DNA of 64,000 nt from IMG/VR virus record IMGVR_UViG_3300044816_000066, positions 2,155 to 66,154 of that record, one strand, 5' to 3'. The notes beneath the pieces were generated by a model. It saw only the letters and a list, made by a program, of their open reading frames with translations. It was not told where the DNA came from and did no database searches. Each line of letters opens with the position of its first letter. The stretch's first letter is position 1. Origin of the DNA: a virus. Taxonomy: Duplodnaviria; Caudoviricetes. Below, piece by piece: positions 46,039 through 56,100 of this stretch. A program made the translations under genes and the position numbers.

Positions 46039-46043
46039 GCCAC

Positions 46044-49000
46044 ATGCCAACACAATACCCACATTCGATATTTCTGTCACCCAGTCCGGCCGATGCGAGA
46101 AATCTCTGGAGCAAGACCGGAGAATCTCCCGCGTTCACCGATTTCGAGCTCGGTCCGGGCATGTGTGGTGCGCAGGGCGATCTGATTTGGGTCAGTTCGA
46201 TATCGGCAACGGCCGGCAGTCCAACCGTTACCGCTAGCGCTGGTTCAACCACCACTACGTCGGCCGTAACCTCGACCGGATCTCAAACGGTCAACGTTGC
46301 CAGCCTTGCAATCTTCAACGCTGGAACACAATCCTTCAACGCTCTGGGCTATGTGGTGGCACGCGGTGCGGCCGATCAGGAAATCATATTCCCCACGTCG
46401 AGCACCGGAACGCCGTCAATCACGGCGGTATTTGGCAAGACACACCTCTCGGGCGTCACGATTGAATGCGTCATCTTCGTGCCCAATGACGGCGGATATG
46501 TGGACTCCCAAGGGCGGACACATCCGGCGAAGTACGTCTATATCCCCGGCGCAGGGCCGACCGTGGACAACCTGGTAGTGGCCAACACGCAGGGCGGGCT
46601 CAGCGATGACGGAACCAACGGCGGGCTGACGCATACCGCACTGACGGTCACGGACCAAAGCATCATTCCGTCCCAGGGTGGAACGAAGATCAAGTTCGGT
46701 ACGTTCTCTATCGGGCAAGCGGGATTCCTCAACCCCGTCGCCTTTGTGATCTACGGCGGCGCGTCCCATGCGGCGGTAAAAAGCGGCACGCGCACCATTG
46801 TCTATGGCAGCGACATTACCAGCATCACGGTGTCCGGCGGCTCGCTGATTATCGGCCTGAACGCGGGGCATGGGTTCTCCGTCAGCGATCAACTTTCCGT
46901 CCTTCAGGTTGCCGGGCTCACTGGCGTGTTCCCGATCACGGCGGTCACGTCCACATCCGCAACCGTCACGGGAACATACGGCGGCACCTACGTCTCTGGC
47001 GGCGTGGCCGCGCACGTTCTGCAACCGAATACGGCGACTGGCTTCAATTACGGGCATGATTGCGCAACCCTGTTCGCCCCTCTGTCGTTCGCTTTCTACG
47101 GAATTGGGTTCGCCAGCGCGAATCCAGGAGCATCCGGTATCGCATGGGGAAGCCTGACTACGTTTGGCAAGGGGCTAACGTCCCAGATCGCGAGCTATAT
47201 CGATCCCTGCACGGTCACGATATCGACCAATGCGACCACAACGGTAACGGGCGTGACCGGATTTCAGAATGCTTTCTTCGGGACGGCGAACGATGGCGCA
47301 TGGACCAACATGGTCTCATCGCTGACGCAAAACCCGCAGCAATTTACCGGGCCGCAATTCAACGGGCAAGGCGGGCATGGCGTTCTGTTCTCCAAGGGGA
47401 ATTACCTCTTTCTCAACACGATCAATTCGTCCGTGGTGCGAATGGTCGTGAACAATTCCATGCAGGCCGTGAACATCGTTTTCGATCCGACGATGACGCC
47501 AGCCAGCATGGTAGTTAACGGGATCGACCTGAAGCCCCAGCTTGTTCTGGGCGACCTCCAACTATTCGATCGATTTGGTTCAGGCGCCCATGACCTTACC
47601 GTGAACGGCATGTCCGTTCCGGGCGCGACAAACGTTGTGTTCGAGCGCCAAGAAGAGGGATGCATCTTGGCGCGCATCCAGGTATTCCAGCACAGCAAGC
47701 GCGGCTTTGTATTCGTCAATCCGAGCGAGACGGCGGCATCGCGGTTATGGATGCCGGGCGGCTCCGGTTGGGATTCGTTCCCGTTGTTCCCGATTCGCGT
47801 AACGGCAGCGGTAACACCCATTGTCGGCACCGTGACCACATGGACACCGAGCGGCGGAAGCGTCATTATCGGCTTCGCTGTCGATCCGGCAACGCTGGGC
47901 TTCACCGTTGGCGGGCAGGTGGCTATCAGCGGGGTGTTTGGGGTCTACGGCCCGTACGCAATCACGGCGATCAACTCCGGGGCGCACACGCTCACCTTTA
48001 CGCTGACCTACACGGGTGCGACTCCCACAAATGTTGTCACCGCGGCGGGCGTCCAAAACGTTGCAGTGAACAAAACCGGCTTCACTGCTGGTGATGGGCT
48101 GGTTGGTTATGGCGTCACTGAAATCTGGATGGGCTTCAATACGGTACGTTCTGAGCGGATGTCTAACTCGACACTGGTAGTCAACGACACCACCATCTCA
48201 TGCGCGCCAACACAAACCCATCCGATCGGTGAGGCCATCGTGGTCGGCCCCGCCAATCAGGCATATGGGATTCAAGCGCTGAGCCCGGCCGGTACAAACT
48301 CCCTGCACGATTGCACTGTCAATATCGGCGGTTTCAACTCCGTATGGGGAATCGGGACGGACCTCCAGCAGGGTTTCATCGAATCGGCCCAGCACTATGA
48401 AAGCGTGATGATCGGCTCTTTGAACCCGCTGGATCTAAATTTCTCCTTCGGAAACCACAACGTGACCGATATGGTTTACGTCGATTCCGGCATCCAGGAA
48501 TGCAAAATAAGGAACATCTCGGCGTACTCGAAAGCGTACAACGTGTTCGACGCAATGACCGGGTTCGCTGACAACAATTACAACCTAAGTATCTATCAGT
48601 CCAGCAACCTTCCCAACGTGTACGCGTGCTCGGGCGTGTCCGGCTCCTACGATTTTAACTACACCCACTCAGGCCTGGGCATGAAGGCGGACAACAGCGG
48701 GGTACAAATTGGGCTCCTGAAGGTGGGCGATGGCTCATCTCTAGGGCCGGTTCTTCCATTTGGCTTTCCGGTTTCCACGGGGCGTCATCAATTGCGGGCG
48801 TTCAGCTTCTTCCAGAATCTTGCGGGATTCTACGGCAGTTCGAACTCGGGATCTTCGTTCGCGCCCGTGCTTACGTGGGACGTGTTCGGCCACGTGTTCG
48901 CTGCCATGCTTTATTTCGGCGACGGAGCAACGCAGGGGAACCTGCTACCGATCGGCAATGACATCACGGCGAATCGAGCCTACTTCTTCCACGGCAACAC

Positions 49001-49208
49001 ATCGGCGCAAGATCTTGAAATCCTCGTATCGACGAACTCCGGAACCACCAAGAATCCAGCGCTAACGATTCACATCCCAACGCGCGATGTCACTGTCCCG
49101 GCTGCCCTGAATGCGGCTACGCTGCACGCTGGCAACGGCGCGACGGCGACTGTCGGCACTCCCGTATCTGTGACTGTCGTCAACGGGATCGTGACGGCCA
49201 TATCCTAA
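46044..49208 (+). CDS. Tail fibre / tailspike (beta-helix-like)
   Basis: G(A)QGD, TANDGAW...LFSKGNYL pectin-lyase-like entry motifs; Thr/Gly-rich; no signal peptide. Confidence 0.75.
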   Translation: MPTQYPHSIFLSPSPADARNLWSKTGESPAFTDFELGPGMCGAQGDLIWVSSISATAGSPTVTASAGSTTTTSAVTSTGSQTVNVASLAIFNAGTQSFNALGYVVARGAADQEIIFPTSSTGTPSITAVFGKTHLSGVTIECVIFVPNDGGYVDSQGRTHPAKYVYIPGAGPTVDNLVVANTQGGLSDDGTNGGLTHTALTVTDQSIIPSQGGTKIKFGTFSIGQAGFLNPVAFVIYGGASHAAVKSGTRTIVYGSDITSITVSGGSLIIGLNAGHGFSVSDQLSVLQVAGLTGVFPITAVTSTSATVTGTYGGTYVSGGVAAHVLQPNTATGFNYGHDCATLFAPLSFAFYGIGFASANPGASGIAWGSLTTFGKGLTSQIASYIDPCTVTISTNATTTVTGVTGFQNAFFGTANDGAWTNMVSSLTQNPQQFTGPQFNGQGGHGVLFSKGNYLFLNTINSSVVRMVVNNSMQAVNIVFDPTMTPASMVVNGIDLKPQLVLGDLQLFDRFGSGAHDLTVNGMSVPGATNVVFERQEEGCILARIQVFQHSKRGFVFVNPSETAASRLWMPGGSGWDSFPLFPIRVTAAVTPIVGTVTTWTPSGGSVIIGFAVDPATLGFTVGGQVAISGVFGVYGPYAITAINSGAHTLTFTLTYTGATPTNVVTAAGVQNVAVNKTGFTAGDGLVGYGVTEIWMGFNTVRSERMSNSTLVVNDTTISCAPTQTHPIGEAIVVGPANQAYGIQALSPAGTNSLHDCTVNIGGFNSVWGIGTDLQQGFIESAQHYESVMIGSLNPLDLNFSFGNHNVTDMVYVDSGIQECKIRNISAYSKAYNVFDAMTGFADNNYNLSIYQSSNLPNVYACSGVSGSYDFNYTHSGLGMKADNSGVQIGLLKVGDGSSLGPVLPFGFPVSTGRHQLRAFSFFQNLAGFYGSSNSGSSFAPVLTWDVFGHVFAAMLYFGDGATQGNLLPIGNDITANRAYFFHGNTSAQDLEILVSTNSGTTKNPALTIHIPTRDVTVPAALNAATLHAGNGATATVGTPVSVTVVNGIVTAIS

Positions 49209-49399
49209 TGCCCACCACAATTCTCAGCATCACCGATCCGACTCAGTTCGTGACGGCCTCAACGCTACTAGTCTCCGGGTACATCTTCTTCGGCTCGGAA
49301 TGGGCCGGACCCAACACTATGACATTTGCTACCGCGGAGATTGCAGCCTCAGCCGTTATTGTGCTCTCCGATCAGAGCGTCGATTCCACTTACGTCTAA
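49208..49399 (+). CDS. Small protein (possible fibre chaperone)
   Basis: TAATG-coupled to the fibre gene. Confidence 0.55.
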   Translation: MPTTILSITDPTQFVTASTLLVSGYIFFGSEWAGPNTMTFATAEIAASAVIVLSDQSVDSTYV

Positions 49400-49415
49400 C
49401 CGAAAAAGGAAAACA

Positions 49416-49670
49416 ATGAACATTTTCAATTACATCGCCCTTGCGTTTGCTGCGCTGTCAGCCGTCCAGCAAATCCTTCTGTTCACAAAGGATCACCAGC
49501 CGCTCTCGACCGTTCTGCTGAAGTCGATCATCGATCCTCTTTTGTTCACGCTGGCGCAGACCGTGCCGGCCGCCAAGGTAACTCCTGATCTGGAGACAAA
49601 GATTCTGGATGCAATCGTGGCGGCCGTGAATGAGCACAACGGCACCCCGGCCGCACCGACTGCGGTTTGA
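49416..49670 (+). CDS. Small hydrophobic protein (holin candidate)
   Basis: AAAGGA RBS; N-terminal hydrophobic helix. Confidence 0.5.
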   Translation: MNIFNYIALAFAALSAVQQILLFTKDHQPLSTVLLKSIIDPLLFTLAQTVPAAKVTPDLETKILDAIVAAVNEHNGTPAAPTAV

Positions 49671-49672
49671 CC

Positions 49673-50194
49673 ATGAAGTTATTCTGCCTGCTGACCTTCG
49701 CATGCTCACTGGCGGCGCAAGTCACCGTCACGTTCTCGCCGGGATCCGGACTTACCAGGCATTCGCAGCGCTGGTCTGTTTGGACGTGTAATGCCGGGCC
49801 ACAGAGAAACCTGGACTCGGGCAAGGTCTATCAGGCAGCATCAACGAAGATCTCCCCGCTTGCCGTATCTGACGCGCAATGGCAGTATTCCAGATCGAGA
49901 CGCCGCGATCCTTTGGTAATTCTCAGTAACGGTGTCTCGATCGCAGGCAACGGTACGGCCGTGTTGATTGCGGGCGGGGCCATCCGTGCCGGATCAAGCT
50001 GGCTCACAGGCGCGCTGGTTGCTGGTCAGATTGCTCAGATCATCAGCGGGATGTTGCAGCCCGATCTTCCGCCGTCCGGGATTGCTGATCTGCTGATGGG
50101 CACTGTTGTTCTGCCAGAGGGCGGATGTTTCGGAAATTCTCTGGTGGCCGTAAAAATGAAAGACGCAAAGGCATTCACGGTAACCATCCAATGA
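49673..50194 (+). CDS. Secreted/membrane protein
   Basis: MKLFCLLTFACSLAA|Q; hydrophobic hairpin. Confidence 0.65.
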   Translation: MKLFCLLTFACSLAAQVTVTFSPGSGLTRHSQRWSVWTCNAGPQRNLDSGKVYQAASTKISPLAVSDAQWQYSRSRRRDPLVILSNGVSIAGNGTAVLIAGGAIRAGSSWLTGALVAGQIAQIISGMLQPDLPPSGIADLLMGTVVLPEGGCFGNSLVAVKMKDAKAFTVTIQ

Positions 50195-50622
50195 ATCAAT
50201 TCACCCCGAAAGACTGGCTTGAACTGGGCGCCGAGCTAGTGACGATCGTAACGGTAGTGTTTGGATACCTCGACCAGCGTCTCAGACTGAACAAGGGAAT
50301 CAACACAGTAACCGGAAAGCTAGATACCAACACGGCATTAACGCAGGACAACCACGACGCGATTACCAGCGCTACCGAAAAAATCGATACAAATACTGCC
50401 TTGACCCAGAACAATCAGGACGCGATTGCTATCACTCAGGTTGCAGTTGCGCAGACTAAGAATGTAGTTTCCGATACGAAGGATGCCATGAACGCATTGG
50501 AAAGGCACACTAATTCGAAGTTAGACGCTCTCTTGAAAGTAACTGGTGAATCAGAGAAGGCAAAGGGTAAACTGGAAGGGCGGGCCGAAGTCACCGCTGA
50601 GAATGAACAGAGAGGCAACTGA
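50191..50622 (+). CDS. TM plus coiled-coil protein (holin/spanin-like)
   Basis: One TM; 21-aa tandem repeat TxKxDTNTALTQxNxDAI. Confidence 0.55.
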   Translation: MNQFTPKDWLELGAELVTIVTVVFGYLDQRLRLNKGINTVTGKLDTNTALTQDNHDAITSATEKIDTNTALTQNNQDAIAITQVAVAQTKNVVSDTKDAMNALERHTNSKLDALLKVTGESEKAKGKLEGRAEVTAENEQRGN

Positions 50623-50883
50623 ATGCCTGTTGTGGATTGGACAATCAACCCTGCGACCCTGATGGCATTGGGCGCGTTCTCGGTCAGTTTGTGGAGAGCC
50701 CGGCGCGATGTGCAAAAGGCGCGGGATCAGACTACCGAGCAACTGGATTCGCGGTTGGATGATATCGAGAAATCTCTATCGTTGATCGTTCTGCGCGTGG
50801 AGCCGCTCGAAGCTTGGTACAGAGATTTTGAAAAAGAAGCCCGGAAGCAATTCGCATGGGGCGGCGGAAAGTCTGGAGATTAA
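50623..50883 (+). CDS. TM plus coiled-coil protein (holin-like)
   Basis: N-terminal TM, RLDDIEK..RVEPLE. Confidence 0.55.
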   Translation: MPVVDWTINPATLMALGAFSVSLWRARRDVQKARDQTTEQLDSRLDDIEKSLSLIVLRVEPLEAWYRDFEKEARKQFAWGGGKSGD

Positions 50884-50903
50884 GAAAAAAGGATGTTCTG
50901 TTT

Positions 50904-51104
50904 ATGAAACAAAAAGGTGAAGTAGCTTACGAGGCTTATCGGGCAAATGCGTGCGAAGTCCCGACAGTATTGACATTTCCGCTCCCTCCTTTTTCTGAAT
51001 TAAGAACACCCGTTCAGGAAGCATGGGCAGCAGCCGAACAAGCCGTGATCGAGGCACTCTCGGAGCCGAAGCGTCCGCCCATTCCGCCCGGCGCGCCAAG
51101 GTAA
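50904..51104 (+). CDS. Small conserved-type phage protein
   Basis: GEVAYEAY...LPPFSEL...QEAWAAA. Confidence 0.65.
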   Translation: MKQKGEVAYEAYRANACEVPTVLTFPLPPFSELRTPVQEAWAAAEQAVIEALSEPKRPPIPPGAPR

Positions 51105-51145
51105 AAATACACACACTTTACGCGATTAAATGATACGCTGAACGT

Positions 51146-51376
51146 GTGATTTTCCACGCTCCAGCGTTGAATATAGTTCTGGGAGTCGCGGCAATATATT
51201 ACGCAGCCAAGAGCGCTTACCGCGTTCATCAATCCAAGCGCGAATCACGGCTGGATAGGCTGGAAATTGCGGTACGCCAAATCGAAGCGAGGGTGAATAA
51301 ATACCACCCAAGCCCAAGCAATATAGCAGCAGCCGATGGCAAGCATATTGGCGTCTCCGCAATTCCGCCAAAGTGA
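51146..51376 (+). CDS. Small TM plus coiled-coil protein
   Basis: Hydrophobic N-terminus; GTG lies 6 nt after TGnTACGCT. Confidence 0.5.
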   Translation: MIFHAPALNIVLGVAAIYYAAKSAYRVHQSKRESRLDRLEIAVRQIEARVNKYHPSPSNIAAADGKHIGVSAIPPK

Positions 51377-51877
51377 ATCATTCCATTTTGGCGGCACCAT
51401 CCACAGTACGTCACAAATCAGCGTAGGAATCCACGATAAGGTCAGGATCGTCAGGTGCGGCCCGCGTGTCTCGGCTTTTCGTCTCGGTGCGATCCAGGCG
51501 GTAATGAGTGAGCACGCGCAAGCGATCTGAATCAGTACTTGAATCTGCACAAAGTTAGTCAGCCCATCCCGCACAAAAGACACTTCGCACAACGAAGCAT
51601 CGAACATTCCCAACATTAAAGACGTGGTGAGCAATCCCGGAATCCTTTGCCGGTGAATTGCCTCGATGCAGGCCAGCAAACTCAACAGAGCTAGCCCCGC
51701 GGACACGGGCAGCCATACCGAGCGCAGCCATGAGTAGGAATCGGGATGGTAGAGCCATGCAAGCACAGCCGAAGGCAACAGCGTAGCCAGGAATAGAGGA
51801 TACCGACAGCGAACCACGGGACTGCGTAGTCCAGTCAGCAAGGCGAGACATTCACAGATCGCCAGAAAGTAATGCAC
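51245..51877 (-). CDS. Polytopic (about 6-7 TM) membrane protein, antisense
   Basis: Alternating hydrophobic spans; RYPLF motif. Confidence 0.65.
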   Translation of the reverse strand: MHYFLAICECLALLTGLRSPVVRCRYPLFLATLLPSAVLAWLYHPDSYSWLRSVWLPVSAGLALLSLLACIEAIHRQRIPGLLTTSLMLGMFDASLCEVSFVRDGLTNFVQIQVLIQIACACSLITAWIAPRRKAETRGPHLTILTLSWIPTLICDVLWMVPPKWNDSLWRNCGDANMLAIGCCYIAWAWVVFIHPRFDLAYRNFQPIQP

Positions 51878-51885
51878 AAACCATT

Positions 51886-52221
51886 ATGACCGGCTTACGC
51901 AGATTCATCATCTCTATCGTGATTGCCGTTGCGATCGCGAATGCCCAATCTTTCTCGAACGATCCAAAGTTTCTCATGCAAATGCATCTCGAACAGAGCC
52001 GGAGGGACGCGTTCAACGCTCCACTGGAAGCCATGCTTCGCCAGCAAGCGACGGCGTACAGTGCCCGTCATGCTCGGCGCGTAGCACTGAACAAGTTGGA
52101 TATCGATCTTCACATAGCCATCGAGGCCCTTGAATCCCATATGACTGACGTCCGTGAATCAAGAAGGTTATTGGCCGATTGGAAAAGTCTCGCCAGAGCT
52201 TACGAAATGAATTACCGATGA
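51886..52221 (+). CDS. Secreted helical protein
   Basis: Signal peptide ...IAVAIANA|Q. Confidence 0.65.
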   Translation: MTGLRRFIISIVIAVAIANAQSFSNDPKFLMQMHLEQSRRDAFNAPLEAMLRQQATAYSARHARRVALNKLDIDLHIAIEALESHMTDVRESRRLLADWKSLARAYEMNYR

Positions 52222-52760
52222 GTAAGTGGAAGGGGATTGTGGCGAGAGGCTTCACCGCCGAATCCTTACCGGATTACCTGGAGACGGTTGAGATGAACGC
52301 ATGGCACCCGCTGTTCGTCGTTCTGCACAACACGTTCGCGCCGCGGCTCGACCAATGGCACTCGGTGCCCATCGCCGATCGAATGCAGAATCTCCAGCAC
52401 TACTACCGCGATGAACTGAAGTGGTCTGCCGGCCCCCATCTGTTCGTGGCCGATGATCTCATCTGGGTATTCACTCCGTTGAAAGTGCCGGGCGTTCATT
52501 CGCCCTCATGGAACGGTGTTTCGTGGGGCGTGGAAGTGGTGGGCGATTACGATTCGGAGTCGTTCGGTACTGGCGTGCAGCGGAACACGCTGGCTGCTCT
52601 GGCGGCGCTCCACCAATGGGGCGGGCTGAATCCTGATTTGCTCCGGCTCCACAAGGAAGATCCCAAGACGACGCACAAGAATTGCCCTGGCAAGAACATC
52701 GTAAAGGAACAAGTGGTCAGCGAACTGAAAGCCTTACTCGCTACGCCCGTGACCTCTTGA
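52218..52760 (+). CDS. Endolysin, N-acetylmuramoyl-L-alanine amidase (Amidase_2)
   Basis: VVLHNT, PHLFV, GVHS..WN..SWGVE.VG, LHKE....HKNCPG. Confidence 0.88.
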   Translation: MSKWKGIVARGFTAESLPDYLETVEMNAWHPLFVVLHNTFAPRLDQWHSVPIADRMQNLQHYYRDELKWSAGPHLFVADDLIWVFTPLKVPGVHSPSWNGVSWGVEVVGDYDSESFGTGVQRNTLAALAALHQWGGLNPDLLRLHKEDPKTTHKNCPGKNIVKEQVVSELKALLATPVTS

Positions 52761-53095
52761 TGCAAAGCAGACTGCAAGAGGCCACCCATGCCGCTGCCAC
52801 TTCGCTTGTGTTCGCGATCCGGGATTGTGAGGCCGGACGCGCGATGTATGAGCGTATTTGCGCTCGCGCCAAGATCCTGGAGGATGCCGCGGATTGCGAG
52901 CTGCGGGCGATCTCCTTCGATGATGTCCGCCAGACTCCGAAGATAAGAACGGTTCCGCTCGAACGCCTTGCCAACTCTATCGAATCGATTGAACGAAAAC
53001 CTTATTCCCGGCTGCATGAACGTGCCGCTTTCCTGATCGCGACCGCTGATCTCGCGGCGAACGCCCAAGCAATCTGCTGGGAACTTCTCGACTAA
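52760..53095 (+). CDS. Hypothetical protein
   Basis: TGATG-coupled to the lysin. Confidence 0.55.
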   Translation: MQSRLQEATHAAATSLVFAIRDCEAGRAMYERICARAKILEDAADCELRAISFDDVRQTPKIRTVPLERLANSIESIERKPYSRLHERAAFLIATADLAANAQAICWELLD

Positions 53096-53121
53096 CCAAC
53101 TTCTTCCAAAGGTAGACCCAA

Positions 53122-56100
53122 ATGAAAACCAGAACCGCCATGCGGCGCTTTGCGCTGCTTGTAATCCTCGCCTGCTCGCTCGGGGAATTGTATGGACAGC
53201 AGACCGTGGACAACTCAGGAGCGGCCGTAGTTATCCCGTTTCCAATGGTTAGCGACTTCCCCGGACGGTGCCGGGCAGGACAGCACGTCATCTATACTCC
53301 AACCGTTCCTCCCAACGTCTACGAGTGCGCGGCGGATGGCGTGTCTTGGGTGCTCGCCAGTGGCAGCGCAGCAAGCCTTCCTAGCAACATCAATGTCATC
53401 TCAACCAACGGTGCGGGGACACCCGGATCATCCAACGCGCACAACCTTTCCGCGCCATCAACCTGCGTTGTCAGCTCCAGTTCGGCCACGGTTTACGCCT
53501 GCACAACCAGCCCGACATTCGTGCCGGCAGATGGCGATGCAATCTATTTCAAGGCGAACCTGGCTAACACCGGCGCGGCAACCCTGAACGTAAATGCGAG
53601 TTCCGCGGTGGCCATGACGACACAGGGCGGAACGTTCACGCCGCTTGTGGCCAATGACCTCAAGGTGAACCAGCAGAGCCTGTTTGTGTTCGACGGGACG
53701 CACTGGCAGATGCAAGGACAGACCGGCAACGCAGCGGCTGGCGGTGGGGTATCCGCCGTTTCCGGTACCGGCCCTATCTCATCGACGGGCGGCGCCACTC
53801 CAGCAATTGCTTGCGCAACCTGCATCATCAGTTCGACCACCTATTCCAATCCGGCTTGGATAACGAGCATTGCATCGTCCATATTGAGCGGAGCTCTCCC
53901 AGCAGGCAACGAGCCAGCGCACACGGGCGACATGACGAACACGGCTGGTTCACTGGCCACTACAGTGTCTCGAATCAATGGCACGGCATTATCCGGGTTG
54001 GCGACCGGGATCGTAAAAAATACAACTGGTACGGGCGTGCCCTCGATAGCGATCGCTTCTGACTTTCCCACTTTGAACCAGAACACAACCGGGACCGCCG
54101 CGAATATCACCGGCGTGGCTGCGGTAGTTAATGGCGGATCGGGCGTCACGGCGGCGCAGGGCAACGGCACTAAGGTCCAGCTAAGCACCGGCACAACTAC
54201 ATCCAACAATTGCGTTAAATTTGACGCAAATGGGAACACGGTGGATGCGGGCGCAGCTTGCGGGACGGGAGGGAGCACGTCTCCGGGAGGTGTGGCGACG
54301 GACGTACAGATCAATGGCGGCACGTTCGCGGCGGATACTGGGAACTTCCAGGAAGACAACGTTTCGCACACACTGACCATCCCGAACGTAACCAGCAGCG
54401 GCACAATGCAATCAGCCATCAGCAGCGCCCAGCGCTCCAACGCCGTTTATCAGATGGCGGCGTATCCGGCCGGCGTCTCCTGGACTTCATTTCCCGGAGC
54501 AGGTACCGTATACAATCCACCCACTCTATCGACGGGATGTCAGGCCGTTGGCAATTCGACTGACGGCGTGACTTACATCTTCGTAGGTCCGTCTCCGTTC
54601 ACTTCGCTGTCTACTCAATCTAGCGACCTTGTCCATTGGTGGCCTATTCCGGGATCGGACGGAACGACCAACAAAACACCAGCGAATGCCGATTGCGCAC
54701 ATTACCTAGCCCTCGCGGATCTCAACGCGCGTGGCCTGAAAGTAGGCATGATGCACGTGGTTGGCGTCAACCTGACCAACTACGGATTGTGTATGCCCAC
54801 GGATTCCACGCTTCCGACATTGATGTACTTCGGAGAGGCATCATCCAACAACAATCCATCCTCAAGCGAGATCCGGGCGACCGGAACGATCCCTAATTAC
54901 CCGCGCGTTTGCGATGCCATTATCACTTACCCGGAGACGACCGCCAGCCCGAGGACGGCAGCTGGGGTATGGAACCTCTCTTTGATCGGCAACAACAACG
55001 CAAACAATATCAATTCGTTTGCTGCTCATGGCCTTTCAAATTACAACTCCCACTCAATCACCTTTCAAGGGGTTTATGTAACTGGCGTTTACAATAACTC
55101 GTTCCAACTCGGGCCGCAGAACGGTTTCCAGGGCGACAATTGGGGAGCGGGGAATTACAACGCTGGCGGCTACGAAGTCACCTTGAGAGACGTAAGTCTC
55201 AAGGCCAATGGACGCACGCCCGGATCATGGGCGCACGTAGCGGCGATCACGCCCTCGGGTGGATCGATCAACGGAACGTACAGCACTTTCACGGGCCTCA
55301 ACTCCTATATCAATCAGCCGTTTTTCAACAAGATCATCTCGGCGGTGATGGCCGGAACCGCTACGGTCACGGGGACGCGCGATCAGTACTGCATCGTCAA
55401 CACTTTCAATGGTGGCGGAACCGGGCAAACCGGGCGCGTCTACCTAACTGGCGTGAACACGATCACCACCGGGCAGCCGATCTCATTGGACTTCGGGGCG
55501 GGCTCCGATGGCTACACTGGGGCGGTTACGACAGCGAACCTCGTGAACGGTACCGCTACCTGCTCAGTCACTGGGCAAGCGGTTACCGCCAACGTCTACT
55601 CGTCTGTGACGGTGAACGGTACGGGAGCTACGGGTGCCGTGGCGTGTTCGACTACGCCACCTGTTATCACGGGTGCTTCGTCCGGTTCAGCGGGCGCGTA
55701 TTCCATGACCAGCATTACCCTGTCTGGCTCGTCTGGCTGCGTGGGTTCGGCCTACATCGTGGCGAACGATATAGCGCCAATCGAATATGGTCTATACATC
55801 GCAAGTACGACTGACGGAAGAACATTCAACGTAACCACTAGCTCGCTCGGAACGGATGCCGCAATCGGCGATTTCGCGGGGGCATGGGTTCATCATGGAC
55901 CGCACCCGATCCAAGGCAATACCTGCATTCGGGATAGCGGTATCGGCGATCAATGGTATGGTCCTCAGTTCGACTCATGCCCTGGATTCGGGGCGCGCAT
56001 ATATGCCAACGAGAGTCGCTGGTATGGTGGCCTTGCCGAAATGAACGATGCACAAACCAGCCTTGCAGTAGGCGGATATACCCAATGGTTTCTGGGGCCA

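Noticed and set aside
50311-50436. 63-bp tandem duplication as a regulatory repeat
   Set aside because: It is an in-frame, synonymously diverged coiled-coil repeat.
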